From Eledone cirrhosa (lineage: Eukaryota): a stretch of 64,000 nt of DNA. The position numbers and the translations under genes were made by a program. Shown piece after piece: positions 1 to 12,228 of the stretch. The notes under the pieces are model-generated. The model was given only the letters and a program-made list of their open reading frames with translations, did not search any database and had not been told where the DNA came from. Numbering within the stretch: position 1 is the stretch's first letter; the number at the start of each line of letters is the position of its first letter. The stretch covers positions 19,716,001 through 19,780,000 of the forward strand of contig OZ024759.1 of assembly GCA_964016885.1 (NCBI GenBank), written 5' to 3'.

Positions 1-525
1 TTAGACGGGTTGTCCTGTTGTGGGCAGTGTCTGGTTGGCTGACCTTGTCTTGCTCATATGGGAACTGATTCTGGCTTGATTTCTACAGCTGGATGCCCTT
101 CCTAACACCAACCTCATTTACAGTGAGTGCTGGGTGCTTTTTTGCCGTGGCACCTGCACGACCACTTTGCAGTGGGAGGGTGTGGGGGCATATTGTTTAT
201 ATGCTTCAGCTTGTACCCATGGGAGGTCGGGTACTCTGTATTACTGCGTGACGCCAGAGGTCACGGTCGTGTGTCATCGCCTTTGAGAGGTGTAATTGGG
301 TAAGGTCGGCTTTTATCACCTCATCCCAGGTCTTCTTGGGTCTCCCCACTCGGCGGTTTCCATTGACTTCTAGTGCTCTGCACCTTTTTATGCAGCTGTC
401 ATCCTTCATACGCATCACATGTCCATACCAACGCAACCACCTCTCCTGCACACAGCATTTGATTCCTCTTATGCTCAGTCTCTCTCAATTCATTTATGCT
501 TTGCCGTTCGCGTATATTACTATTA
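1..525 (-). mobile_element. RTE-clade LINE 3' coding end joined to a SINE-type 3' module; runs off the window start
   Basis: ORF 206-451(-) RWLRWYGHVMRMKDD..GNRRVGRPKKTWDEVIKADL..DRDLWR is the typical RTE C-terminus; the downstream part matches 7243-7657 and 48335-48714. Confidence 0.85.
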
Positions 526-600
526 CACATATATATATTTATATATACGCACACACAGAGAAATAGATAGATAGATGGGTAAGTAGATAGATAGATATCT

Positions 601-1552
601 TTCTTTATTTGCCACAGGGACGGACAAAAATGGGACATTACAAGACGTGACGGTGGGGATTTTACATAAAATCTTTAACAATGATAAATAACAATAAACT
701 ATATAAAAATAAAACAATTGAAATCCCCATTAGGGGGGGGGGGGGCAACGCTACTGCGGGTTTGTTTTACACCCCGTGGATAGAACAGCCCTCAACACCA
801 GGAACACGTTTTGTAGGTGTTCCTGTCTTCCCTCTATTAATCTTCCTCAACCTACAGGTTTATATACAGAGAAGGCCCATTCACTCGGGCCTTTTTCGCC
901 ACATTCACCCACCTTTCAGCAAATTTACTGGGGTGTAGCACCTCTCTCTCCACTCTCACCTTCCTTCTGAAGTGGATGAGTTGTTGTCCGGAGAGAAAGG
1001 TGTTTGCCGTCAGTCCTTTTAACCTCGTCCACCATATTACCTCTTTCGCCATAGCCACCAGACAGAGGAAAACCTCCTCTCCTTCATTCTTTAATGAAGG
1101 CGGCGGGGTGATCCTCACGATGGACTCGGCTGACAACTAGATGCGTCCCACATGTGACAGTAGCTGTTCGACATAATTCCACAGGTTGGTCACCCTTTGG
1201 GCACTGAACAATTGCATGCAGAACGGTTTCGATGTCCTGCTTGCATCTTGGACAGGTCCTTTTGGCAGGATCTCTGCCAGGGCGTCCGTGCCTGTAGATT
1301 TTGTCTAGAACTGGTAGAGCTCCACGGTAGCACTGCCAGGCCAGAGACCTCTGGAAGTTATCCATAGGTCCTTGGACGGAAAGTCCTCCCGAACAGACTG
1401 GTCAGTTCGTCCTCCTCGATGCCTAGAATTTCCCCGAGAACGTCGTCGCACTTACCCCCCCCACTAATCCTCTATAGAATGTCGACGCGGAGTCTCCGCT
1501 GATTGCCGTTTTCGCTTGGTAGAGGGCTGTGAGCGCCTGAAGGCCCTCGAGG
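601..1552 (-). mobile_element. 5'-truncated L1/Tx1-clade LINE, ORF2 C-terminal zinc finger region plus 3' UTR
   Basis: ORF 1084-1365(-) LAWQCYRGALPV..CPRCKQDIETVLHAIVQCP matches the CCHC zf-RVT motif; frameshifted; AATAAA at the 3' end (about 605-610); GATA/GGTA repeats on both flanks. Confidence 0.8.
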
Positions 1553-1689
1553 CAGATAGGTAGGTAGGTAGGTAGGCAGGTAGCTATAGCTAGATAGGGA
1601 TAGATATAGAGAGAGAGAGGGAGAAAGAGGGAGAGAGAGAAGATTGAATTATTTTTATTGTGAACCATATAAAAAATATTTTGATGTAG

Positions 1690-2170
1690 TTGTTGTCATT
1701 GTTGTAGTGGTTGTTGTTGTTGTTACTGTTGATATTGTTGTTCATGTTGTCATTGCTGTTGTTGTCATTGTTGTTGTTGTTCTAGTTAATGGTCTCACAA
1801 TCATTATTATTGTTGTGGTTGTTGTTGTTGTAGTAGCTATTGTTGTTATTGCTGTTGTTATTGTTGTTGATGGTCTTATACTTATTGTGGTTGTTATTGT
1901 TGCCGTTGTTGTTACTGTTGTTGTTGCCGTTGTTACTGTTGTTGTTGCTGTTGTTGCTGTTGTTACTGTTGTTGTTGCTGTTGTTACTGTTGTTGTTGTT
2001 GCTGCTGCTGCTGCTGTTGTTGCTGCTGTTGTTGTTGTTACCATTGTTGTTGTTACCGTTGTTGTTGTTGTTGTTGCTGTTGCTGTTGTTGTTGTTGTTG
2101 TTGTTCTATTCGATGATCTTATAATTATTGTGGTTGATGTTATTGTTGTTATTGTTGTTATTGTTAGGTT
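1690..2170. repeat. degenerate (GTT)n trinucleotide tract
   Basis: visible directly; produces the poly-V/T/L ORFs. Confidence 0.95.
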
Positions 2171-2254
2171 TCTGGCTTTGAACATTTTTATTGTAGTGAG
2201 TTGTATATTAAAAATTTTGAAACACAGAATGCTTTTGTTTCATTGTCATGTTTT

Positions 2255-2448
2255 ACATACATAGATGTATGTGTGTGTATGTATATATGTATGTATATAT
2301 ATATATATATATATACATGTAGGTATATATATATATGTATATATATATATGTATGTATATATGCCTGTAAATATATATATATATATCATCATCATCCTTT
2401 AACGTCTATCTTCCACATACGAGTATATATTTATATATACATTTGTGT

Positions 2449-2479
<31 letters not shown>

Positions 2480-2534
2480 CATATATTCACATATACATAT
2501 ATATATACACACATGTATATACACACATGTATAT

Positions 2535-2578
<44 letters not shown>

Positions 2579-3356
2579 ATACGTGTGTATATCTGTCTAA
2601 CCCATGCTAACGTGGAAGAACGGATGTAAAACGGTGATGATGATATATATATAGATATACACACATACATACATATATATATACACACACACATACATAC
2701 ATATATATATATACACACATACATACATACATATATATATATACACACATACATACATACATATATATACACACATACATACATACATATATATATATAT
2801 ATAAGGATTAAAATACTGGAGCGTGTTGGAGTTAAACACCCTCTTCGTATTATAGAAATGACAGTAAAAGGTATAGCTCAATGTAGTTAAACAGAGCCGT
2901 ATATATATATATATATATACACAATTACATATATATGTACATACATACACACACACACACAGATATTTAAACAGAGCCGTATATATATATATATATATAT
3001 ACACAATTACATATATATGTACATACATACACACAGATATATATACATACATATATATATATATACACACACACACATATATATATATACACATATATTG
3101 TTTCCCTATTTTCACAAATTTTTATCTGGGTTGGTTTTTAAATGTAGTTTAATGAAAGACAGGGCAAGTTGTGCGAAGAGGTTTTGTGGCGTAATGCAAC
3201 TTTGTGAAAGCTGTGTGAACATGACGCTTTGTAAAGTTGAAGCTTTGTGTGGTTGGTGGATTCCACTAGAATTAAAAGCCTGTGTATAATTCTTTGATCA
3301 AAGTATAAACACTCATATATATATGTGTTATAAAGGTGTTTGTTTGTGTATGTATG

Positions 3357-3399
<43 letters not shown>

Positions 3400-4117
3400 C
3401 TGTGTGTGTGTGTGTATGTGTGTGTGTGTGTGTGTATGTATATGTGTGTATGTGTGTATGTATATGTGTGTGTGTATGTATATGTGTGTATATGTGTGTA
3501 TATGTGTGTGTGTGTATGTATATGTGTGTGTGTATATGTGTGTGTGTGTGTATGTATGTATGTGTGTGTGTGTATGTATATGTGTGTATGTATATGTGTG
3601 TATGCATATGTGTGTGTGTATGTATATGTGTGTGTGTGTGTGTATATGTGTGTGTGTATGTATATGTGTGTATAGGTATGTATATATATATGTATGTATG
3701 TGTATTTATATATATATATATATATTTGTGTGTGTTTATTTATATGTATGTATAGGTATGTATGTATATATATATTTGTATATTTGTGTGTGTATGTATA
3801 TGTATGTATAAGTATTTATGTTTATATATGTATGTGTATCTATATATATATGTGTGTGTGTGTATGTATCTATATATATATGTGTGTATGTATGTATATG
3901 TGTGTGTATTTATATGTGTGTATGTTTATATATATGTATATATATGTATGTATGTATATATGTGTATATATACATATATATGTATAAATGTGTATATATG
4001 TATGTATATATATGTATACCCCCCCCCCCCCACACACACACATGTATGTATATGTGTGGGTGTATATTTAACCCTTGCTAGCAGGGAAAGCAGACCTTAA
4101 AACGATAACGATGATGG

Positions 4118-4186
<69 letters not shown>

Positions 4187-4422
4187 GTTTGTGTATACCT
4201 TTCTATCAATAAATATAAAAGTACATGTACGTATATATTTATATACATACATGTCATCATCATCATCATTTAAATATAGATGTATATACACAAACAAACA
4301 CCCACATGATACAACTCTGTATACATTCATATAAATATGATACATTCATGAATATATATATATTAATAGATACATAAATGTGTGCGTGTATATGCACATA
4401 CAAATAAACAAACCCACACACT

Positions 4423-4453
<31 letters not shown>

Positions 4454-4704
4454 GATGAGGGATGTATTAAGAGTAGGGCTGAGGGATATAGAAAGGATAG
4501 ATTAAGAATAATATATATATAATAAATATATATATATAAAAATAATGCATATATATAAACATATATATATATATATATATAAAAAATAATATATATATAA
4601 ACGTATATATATATAAATAATATATATATATAAACATATATATATATATATATGTTTATATATATATATTATTTATATATATATACGTTTATATATATAT
4701 TATT

Positions 4705-4736
<32 letters not shown>

Positions 4737-4867
4737 GTTTATATATATAAAAAATAATATATATATATAAACGTATATATATATATAAAAAAAAATAATA
4801 TATATATAGAAACATATATATATATAAAAATAATATATATATATAAACACATATATATATAAAAAAA

Positions 4868-4902
<35 letters not shown>

Positions 4903-4965
4903 AAATAATATATATATACATATAAACGTATATATATATATATAAAAAAATATATATATATAAAA

Positions 4966-5023
<58 letters not shown>

Positions 5024-5349
5024 TATATATATAAAATATATATATATAAAAAAAAACAAAAAAAAACATATATATATACAAAAAAAAAAATAATATATAT
5101 AAACATATATATAGTTGCTATGAAAGGATTTTAGTGCCCCTAAAGGGCTCAATAGGTCAAGTAGATTTGATCAGTGGTTTTCCCCAATTTTCCCAGGCTC
5201 TCCCACAAGAGAATTCTCCTCAATCACGTTACTGAGCTGTTTACGAATAAAACTGTTTTGACACAGGAGTCAAATTTTCTGTTGATCTCAGCTTGTTCTC
5301 CACTTGGAATGTGGTGCTAATGACATTTCTTTCTTATATACACACACAA

Positions 5350-5426
<77 letters not shown>

Positions 5427-5917
5427 GGAGGGGGGGGGGATTTTACCCGCCTTAGATATATATATATATATATATGAAAAAATGGGGAATATATATATAT
5501 ATATATATGTGAGTGTGTGTGTGTGTATATATGTATGTGAGTGTGTGTATATATATATATATATGTGTGTGTATATATATGTGTGTATATGTGTGTGTGT
5601 ATATATATGTGTGTGTGTGTGTATATATATGTGTGTGTGTGTGTATATGTGTGTGTGTATATATATATATGTGTGTGTGTATATATGTGTGTGTGTATAT
5701 ATATATATATGTGTGTGTGTATGTATATATGTGTGTGTGTATATATATATATATATGTGTGTGTATATATATATATATATATATGTTTGTATATATATGT
5801 ATGTGTATATATATATATGTGTGTGTATGTATGTGTGTATATATATATGTGTGTATATGTATGTATGTGTATATACATGAGTGTGTGTGGGTGTGTATAT
5901 ATGTGTGTATGTATATA

Positions 5918-5948
<31 letters not shown>

Positions 5949-6131
5949 GTATTTCTATATGTGTGTGAGTTTGTATATATATATATGTATATGTATGTGT
6001 GTATATATGTATATGTATGTGTGTGTATATATATATATATGTATGTGTATATAGATATATATGTATATATTTATATACAGGTGTGTCTGTATGTGTATAT
6101 ATATATATGTATATATTTATATACAGGTGTG

Positions 6132-6170
<39 letters not shown>
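2255..6170. repeat. compound (TA)n/(CA)n/(TG)n microsatellite field with short unique islands and SINE tail scraps
   Basis: visible directly; source of the YI/CV/HT ORFs. Confidence 0.95.
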
Positions 6171-6176
<6 letters not shown>

Positions 6177-6244
6177 AAAAAGGGATGAAATCGAAAATGC
6201 AACTGAAGTCTTATTTTTTTTAAAATATATATATTTATTTGGTT

Positions 6245-6282
6245 CCTTTACCGGTTTCGCAGTTCTTCTGCTTTTCAAAAGG
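6245..6282 (-). ncRNA. mirror copy of the U3:A8 hammerhead in the left palindrome arm
   Basis: exact reverse complement of 6548-6585. Confidence 0.7.
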
Positions 6283-6547
6283 TGAGTTGAGATGGAGGGT
6301 CTGTGGTTTTTCTCACATCTGGTTGGTCTCTAAATGTTACTTGTTTTATATGGAAAAACTGGCTCGAAAACCAGGTTTTTCGAGAAGTAATTTGATTGGT
6401 TTGTCAATAATTATTATAATTATTGACAAACCAATCAAATTACTTCTCGAAAAACCTGGTTTTCGAGCCAGTTTTTCCATATAAAACAAGTAACATTTAG
6501 AGACCAACCAGATGTGAGAAAAACCACAGACCCTCCATCTCAACTCA

Positions 6548-6585
6548 CCTTTTGAAAAGCAGAAGAACTGCGAAACCGGTAAAGG
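6548..6585 (+). ncRNA. minimal type I hammerhead ribozyme, U3:A8 core variant
   Basis: CCTT-TTGAAAA-GCAG(aagaa)CTGC-GAAA-CCGG-TA-AAGG: helix I CCTT/AAGG, helix II GCAG/CTGC, palindromic helix III, GUA site. Confidence 0.7.
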
Positions 6586-6718
6586 AACCAAATAAATATA
6601 TATATTTAAAAAAAAAAAAATAAGACTTCAGTTGCATTTTCGATTTCATCCCTTTTTCTTTATACTTCCACTCGTGTAGGACACCTCGGTTATTTTTCAT
6701 TTTGTAAAAAAAAACCTC

Positions 6719-6757
<39 letters not shown>

Positions 6758-7242
6758 TATATAAAGGTGTGCATGTGTATATGTGTTTATATATTTGTAT
6801 ATATATATATATATATGCGTGTACATACACTAATATATGTATACAACATTTATAAACACACATACACACACACATACATTAGAATGTTTGTTTAAACCAT
6901 TATAGCACTGGGTGATTGAGCTCTCAATACTTGCAGATATATTTTCTAAGTAGAAAAACGACATTGGTCTCAAAGTTCCATCTTACTCACTTCATCTAAA
7001 CTAGTAGACCTGATCCATCAATATTGATAGCAATAGTATTGTATGTATTTAATCTTTGTAGTCCAGGAGTCGTATGTCCTATATACCAGCCTAATGTCTA
7101 ATGTCTGTTTCATGCTAGGGGGCTTATCATGCCCGTGTTTATCCCAGTTTGCATGGCGTGAAGCAACAGAGCGTACAAGACTCCCTACTAGACAGGACGC
7201 CAATCCATTGCAGGGTTAACCCTTTAGCATTTACATTACTCT

Positions 7243-7657
7243 CATCATCATCATCATCACCTTTTTACGTCCGTTCTTCCACGCTAGCATGGGTTAGACG
7301 GGTTGTCCTGTTGTGGGCAGTGTCTGGTCGGCTGACCATGCCTTGCTCATACAGGAACTGATTCTGGCTTGATTTCTACAGCTGGATGCCCTTCCTAACA
7401 CCAACCTCATTTACAGTGAGTGCTGGGTGCTTTTTTCTGTGGCGCCTACACGTCCACTTTACAGTGTGGGCTGGGTGCTTTTTTTGCCGTGGCACCTCCA
7501 CGACCACCTTGCAGTGGGAGGGTGTGGGGGCATATTGTCTATATGCTTCAGCTTGTACCCATGGGAGGTCTGGTACTCTGTATTACTGCGTGACGCCAGA
7601 GGTCACGGTCGTGTCATCGCCTTGGAGAGGTGTAATTGGGTAAGGTCGGCTTTTATC
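7243..7657 (-). mobile_element. RTE-end/SINE chimeric retroposon inserted in a MITE
   Basis: near-identical to 1-320; (GAT)n tail; ACTCT duplicated at both junctions of the interrupted MITE. Confidence 0.8.
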
Positions 7658-8233
7658 ACTCTATATATACTATTATATTTTCACAGTAAAGACTTTAACT
7701 TACATAATTATCTCACATAATATCGAATCTATGTGATTTTGCTAATATTTATTTTGAGAACAATACCTTAACATCACTATGAGTGGTCAGTTATAGCCGG
7801 TTTAAATAGAAAGAGGTAGGAGAATTATGGCCAGATATGGCTAGTTTAACCCTTTAGCATTTACATTACTCTATATATACTATTGTATTTTCACAGTAAA
7901 TACTTTACTTCACATAATTATCTCACATAATATCAAATCTATGAGATTTTGATATTTATTTTGAAAAAAATACCTTAACATCAGTGCCAGCAGCTAGTTA
8001 CAGCCGGTTTGAACAGAGAGAGGTTTACATACGGGAGGTTTAAACAGCTATATCTAGATATATCCAGAATTCTCTCACCTGCTTCTGTTCAAACCAGCTG
8101 TAACTGGCTGCTCATACTAAGGTATTGTTCTCAAAATAAATAACATTGAAATTTCATAGATTCGATATTATGTGAGATAATTATCTAAGATAAAGCTATT
8201 ATTACAAAAATACAATAGTAAATATAGAATAAT

Positions 8234-8420
8234 TGTTTCTACTTTTGGCACAAGGCCAGCAATTATCCAGTGTGTTCCTGGTACTTTATTTTATCGACCC
8301 CGTAAGGATGAAAGGCAAAGTTAACCTCGGCGGGATTTGAACTCAGATCATAAAGGGACATAACTCTATGCGTCAAAGCATGGTGTCCGACCCTCTACCG
8401 ATACTGGCAATCCACCGCCC
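8234..8420 (-). mobile_element. full-length ~190-bp tRNA-headed SINE (family B, ATT tail)
   Basis: B box GAGTTCAAATCC; core GCCTTTCATCCTTACGGGGTCGATAAAATAAAGTACCAG; 18-bp TSD TAGTAAATATAGAATAAT at 8216-8233 and 8421-8438. Confidence 0.9.
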
Positions 8421-8672
8421 TAGTAAATATAGAATAATGTAAATGGTAAAGGGTTAAAGTCTGTTTCAAGCCCGGCATGAAGCAACTGAGAGTACAAGAC
8501 TCCCTACTAGATAGGACACCAATCCATTGCAGGGTTAACCCTTTAGCATTTAAACCAGCCATATCCAGCCAGAATTCTCTCACCTGCTTCTGTTCAAATT
8601 GGCCACTCCTACTGATGTTAAGATATTGTTCTCAAAATAAATAACATCAAAATCTCGTAGATTCAATATAAT

Positions 8673-8854
8673 TGTTTCTACTTTTGGCACAAGGCCAGCA
8701 ATTACCCAGTACATTACTGGTACTTTATTTTATCGAACCCGAAAGGATGAAAGGCAAAGTTGACCTCGGCGGGATTTGAACTCAGAATGGAAAGGGCCGT
8801 AACTCTATGCATCAAAGCATGGCGACCAACTCCCTACCGATACTGCCAATCCAC
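8673..8854 (-). mobile_element. SINE family B copy
   Basis: 15-bp TSD TAGATTCAATATAAT at 8658-8672 and 8855-8869. Confidence 0.9.
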
Positions 8855-8984
8855 TAGATTCAATATAATGTGAGATAATTATGTAAGATAGAGCAATGAT
8901 GAAGGGTGGATGACTAAGATAGAGAAAGTTGAAAACTTGACTAGACTGCAACGGACCTCCTCAATGTAAATACTAAGGGGTTAA

Positions 8985-9200
8985 CGTCTGTTTCAAGCCT
9001 TGAGGCTCATCGGGACGGTCGTTATCCCAGTTTCCCGTGACATGAAGGACTGAGAAGACAAGACTCCCCACTACAGGAAACCAGATCATCACAGGGTTGA
9101 ACCTCCAGCTATTACTGGTACTCATTTTCAGCTGAGTATACTGGAGCAACATGAAATAAAATGTTTTGTTCACGAACACAACACACACACCAGCCCAGAA
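8985..9200 (-). mobile_element. older CORE-type SINE fragment; related pieces at about 7100-7217 and 8460-8535
   Basis: contains CTGGAGCAACATGAAATAAA and CAGCTGAGT shared with the other CORE-like SINEs here. Confidence 0.6.
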
Positions 9201-9204
9201 ATCG

Positions 9205-10240
9205 TACGTCTGGCAATTGACTTGGGGTAAACACCCACAAAATTATTAACCATATTGCCTACAACAGCCCTGAGCACGTTTTTGAATTCCATGTGTCTAA
9301 CAACGTGGGTATGCCTACAAAGTCAGAAGACAGCACAGCTCCCATGACATTCAGAAACATTTTTTCATGCTCAGAGTTGCTGAAGCATGGAACAAACTAT
9401 CTGCATCAGTTGTTAGTTGTCGAGACACTGCATCGTTTAAAACCTCCATGGAACAAACTACCTGCATCAGGTGTTAGCTGCCGAGACACTGCATTATTTA
9501 AAACCTCCATGGAACAAACTACCTGCATCAGTTGTTAGCTGTCGAGACACTGCATCATTTAAAACCTCCCTGGAACAAACTACCTGCATCAGTTGTTAGT
9601 TGTCGAGACACTGCATCGTTTAAAACCTCCATGGAACAAACTACCTGCATCAGTTGTTAGCTGTCGAGACACTGCATCCTTTAAAACCTCCATGGAACAA
9701 ACTACCTGCATCAGTTGTTAGTTGTCGAGACACTGCATCGTTTAAAACCTCCATGGAACAAACTACCTGCATCAGTTGTTAGCTGTCGAGAGACTGCATC
9801 CTTTAAAACCTCCATGGAACAAACTACTTGCATCAGTTGTTAGCTGTCGAGACACTGCATCCTTTAAAACCTCCATGGAACAAACTACCTGCATCAGTTG
9901 TTAGCTGTCGAGACACTGCATCCTTTAAAACCTCCATGGAACAAACTACCTGCATCAGTTGTTAGCTGTCTTGATACTGCCTCCTTTAAAACCTCCATGG
10001 AACAAACTACCTGCATCAGTTGTTAGCTGTTGAGACACTGCATTGTTTAAAACCTCCATGCTTCCTGAAATTCGCCAACACTACACCTGATGTCCCCCCT
10101 CCATACACACGTACACATGTATATCATGACTCATACACTGTGCACTTTCCTGACATTTGTATATTTTTCTATACATGCACCTTTGATGATTTGTAGTGCA
10201 CCTAAGCACTATACACAATTATTTCATTATTATTATTATC
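9205..10240 (+). mobile_element. CR1-clade LINE 3' fragment with an internal tandem amplification and (ATT)n tail
   Basis: homologous to 39195-39795(-), which encodes RGHVHKVRK..FRKHFYTLRVAEAWNKLPASVV. Confidence 0.85.
9389..10060 (+). repeat. 61-bp minisatellite, 11 copies
   Basis: GGAACAAACTA recurs at 9389, 9450, 9511 ... 9999. Confidence 0.95.
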
Positions 10241-10612
10241 TGGTGGATTGGCGGTATCGGTAGAGGGTCAGACGCCATGCTTTTCAGCAAAGAGTTACGG
10301 CCCTTTATGGTCTGAGTTCAAATCCCGCCGAGGTTAACTTTGCCTTTCATCCTTACGGAGTCGATAAAATAAAGTACCAGTAATGCTCTGGAATAATTGC
10401 TGGCCTTGTGCCCAAAGTAGAAACAATTATTATTATTACATCAAAGAGCGGTGGATTGGCAGTATCAGTAAAGGGTCGGACGCCATGCTTTGAGTTCAAA
10501 TCCTGCCGAGCTTAACTTTGCCTTTCATCCTTACGGGGTCGATAAAATAAAGTACCAGTAATGCACTAGGATAATTGCTGGCCTTGTGCCAAAAATAGAT
10601 ACAATTATTATT
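10241..10612 (+). mobile_element. two head-to-tail SINE family B copies inserted after the CR1 (ATT)n tail
   Basis: GGTGGATTGGC..GTAGAAACAATTATTATT occurs twice. Confidence 0.85.
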
Positions 10613-11141
10613 GATTCTACACACTTGCTGAAACATTCTGAGAAGAATGGAACATGTTCAGAGTTATCTCCCTTTCTCGCAAAGTAAAAAAAAAAAAAAG
10701 AATATATATATATATACACATATATTGTCATAAACAAATATATTTTCATTTTACTACATATTTGATATTACTTTGAGCTTCTCTGTTTTTTACTTTTTGA
10801 TATTTGAAACAGGAAATATCCTTTTTCTGCACATAAAGTCTAATTTAGCATGTTTATGGCGTCTGAAAAATATTCAATTTTTTCAATAATTAACTAAAAC
10901 GAGGTTTTGATCTCAAAACATCAAACTAATAATGAAATTTGTTACTTGGGCCTTAAAAGTTGTGGTAAACCCACGAGTGACGCTTATGAGATCTAATTGG
11001 AGGAGATACAGCAAGGCTGAGTGGTTTAAATGTCCCATTTAATTGGTGTTATGTATCAAAGGAAATAATGAGGACTGCAGCTATCTATCTATATATACCT
11101 GTCTCTCTCTCTCTCTCTCTCTCCTCCACCCACTCTCTCCC

Positions 11142-11203
<62 letters not shown>

Positions 11204-11213
11204 CTATATATAT

Positions 11214-11308
<95 letters not shown>

Positions 11309-11325
11309 CACACACACATATATAT

Positions 11326-11381
<56 letters not shown>

Positions 11382-11495
11382 ATACATATATATATATATA
11401 TGTACACACATACATATATATATATATATACCCACACAGATATATATATATACACACATATATGTATGTATAAATATATATATATATATACTCAT

Positions 11496-11605
<110 letters not shown>

Positions 11606-11635
11606 GCACACACACACACATATATATATATATAT

Positions 11636-11676
<41 letters not shown>

Positions 11677-11796
11677 CCCACACAGATATATATACACACA
11701 TATATATATGTATAAATATATATATATATACTCACACACATATATATACATACATCTACCTATATATCCATATGTATGCCTGTATATTAATACCTT

Positions 11797-11827
<31 letters not shown>

Positions 11828-11892
11828 ATATGAGCATGTCTAGCTGTCTATATTTATGGGTGTATATCTATCTATCTGTACATGTCTATATA

Positions 11893-12224
11893 TCATCATC
11901 ATTTCATTTTACGTCCGCTTTTCCCTGCTTGCAAGGGTGGGACGGGAACTGATTCTGGCTTGATTTCTACAGCTGGATGCCCTTCCTAACACCAACCTCA
12001 TTTACAGTGAGTGCTGGGTGCTTTTTTTGCCGTGGCACCTCCACGACCACTTTGCAGTGGAATGATAGGGACCCCAGTCCCTATCATCTCATTTCTACAG
12101 CTGAGTAAACTGGAGCAATGTGAAAAATAAAGTGTCTTGCTCAGGGATACAACACATCACCCGGTCTGAGAATTGAACTCACAACCTTTCGATTGCAAGG
12201 CCAATGCTCTAACCACTAAGCCAT
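11893..12224 (-). mobile_element. SINE family A (tRNA head + CORE-like domain + RTE tail)
   Basis: reverse complement of 50718-51058. Confidence 0.85.
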
Positions 12225-12228
12225 GTAT

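Larger units (their letters stand above)
6171..6664. repeat. near-perfect palindrome, about 245-bp arms centred on 6415; probable inverted Penelope-like pseudo-LTR relic
   Basis: identical ORFs on opposite strands (6239-6484 + and 6346-6591 -); arms differ only in a T/A homopolymer; a hammerhead motif lies in each arm; (TA)n on the left and about 65 bp beyond the right arm. Confidence 0.9.
7216..8890. mobile_element. cluster of about four TTAA-flanked MITE copies (piggyBac-like) with nested retroposons
   Basis: termini TTAA-CCCTTTAGCATTTA..TAAATGG/CTAAAGGG-TTAA; the same ~225-bp body recurs at 33548, 41764, 45799 and 62845. Confidence 0.75.

Noticed and set aside
2201-6188. Many YI/CV/HT-rich ORFs here and at 11-12, 17-18, 37-38, 46-49, 52 and 59-60 kb
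   Set aside because: Translations of (TA)n/(CA)n/(TG)n microsatellites
6239-6591. Two identical 81-aa ORFs on opposite strands
   Set aside because: A by-product of the palindrome; TTG start and no coding features
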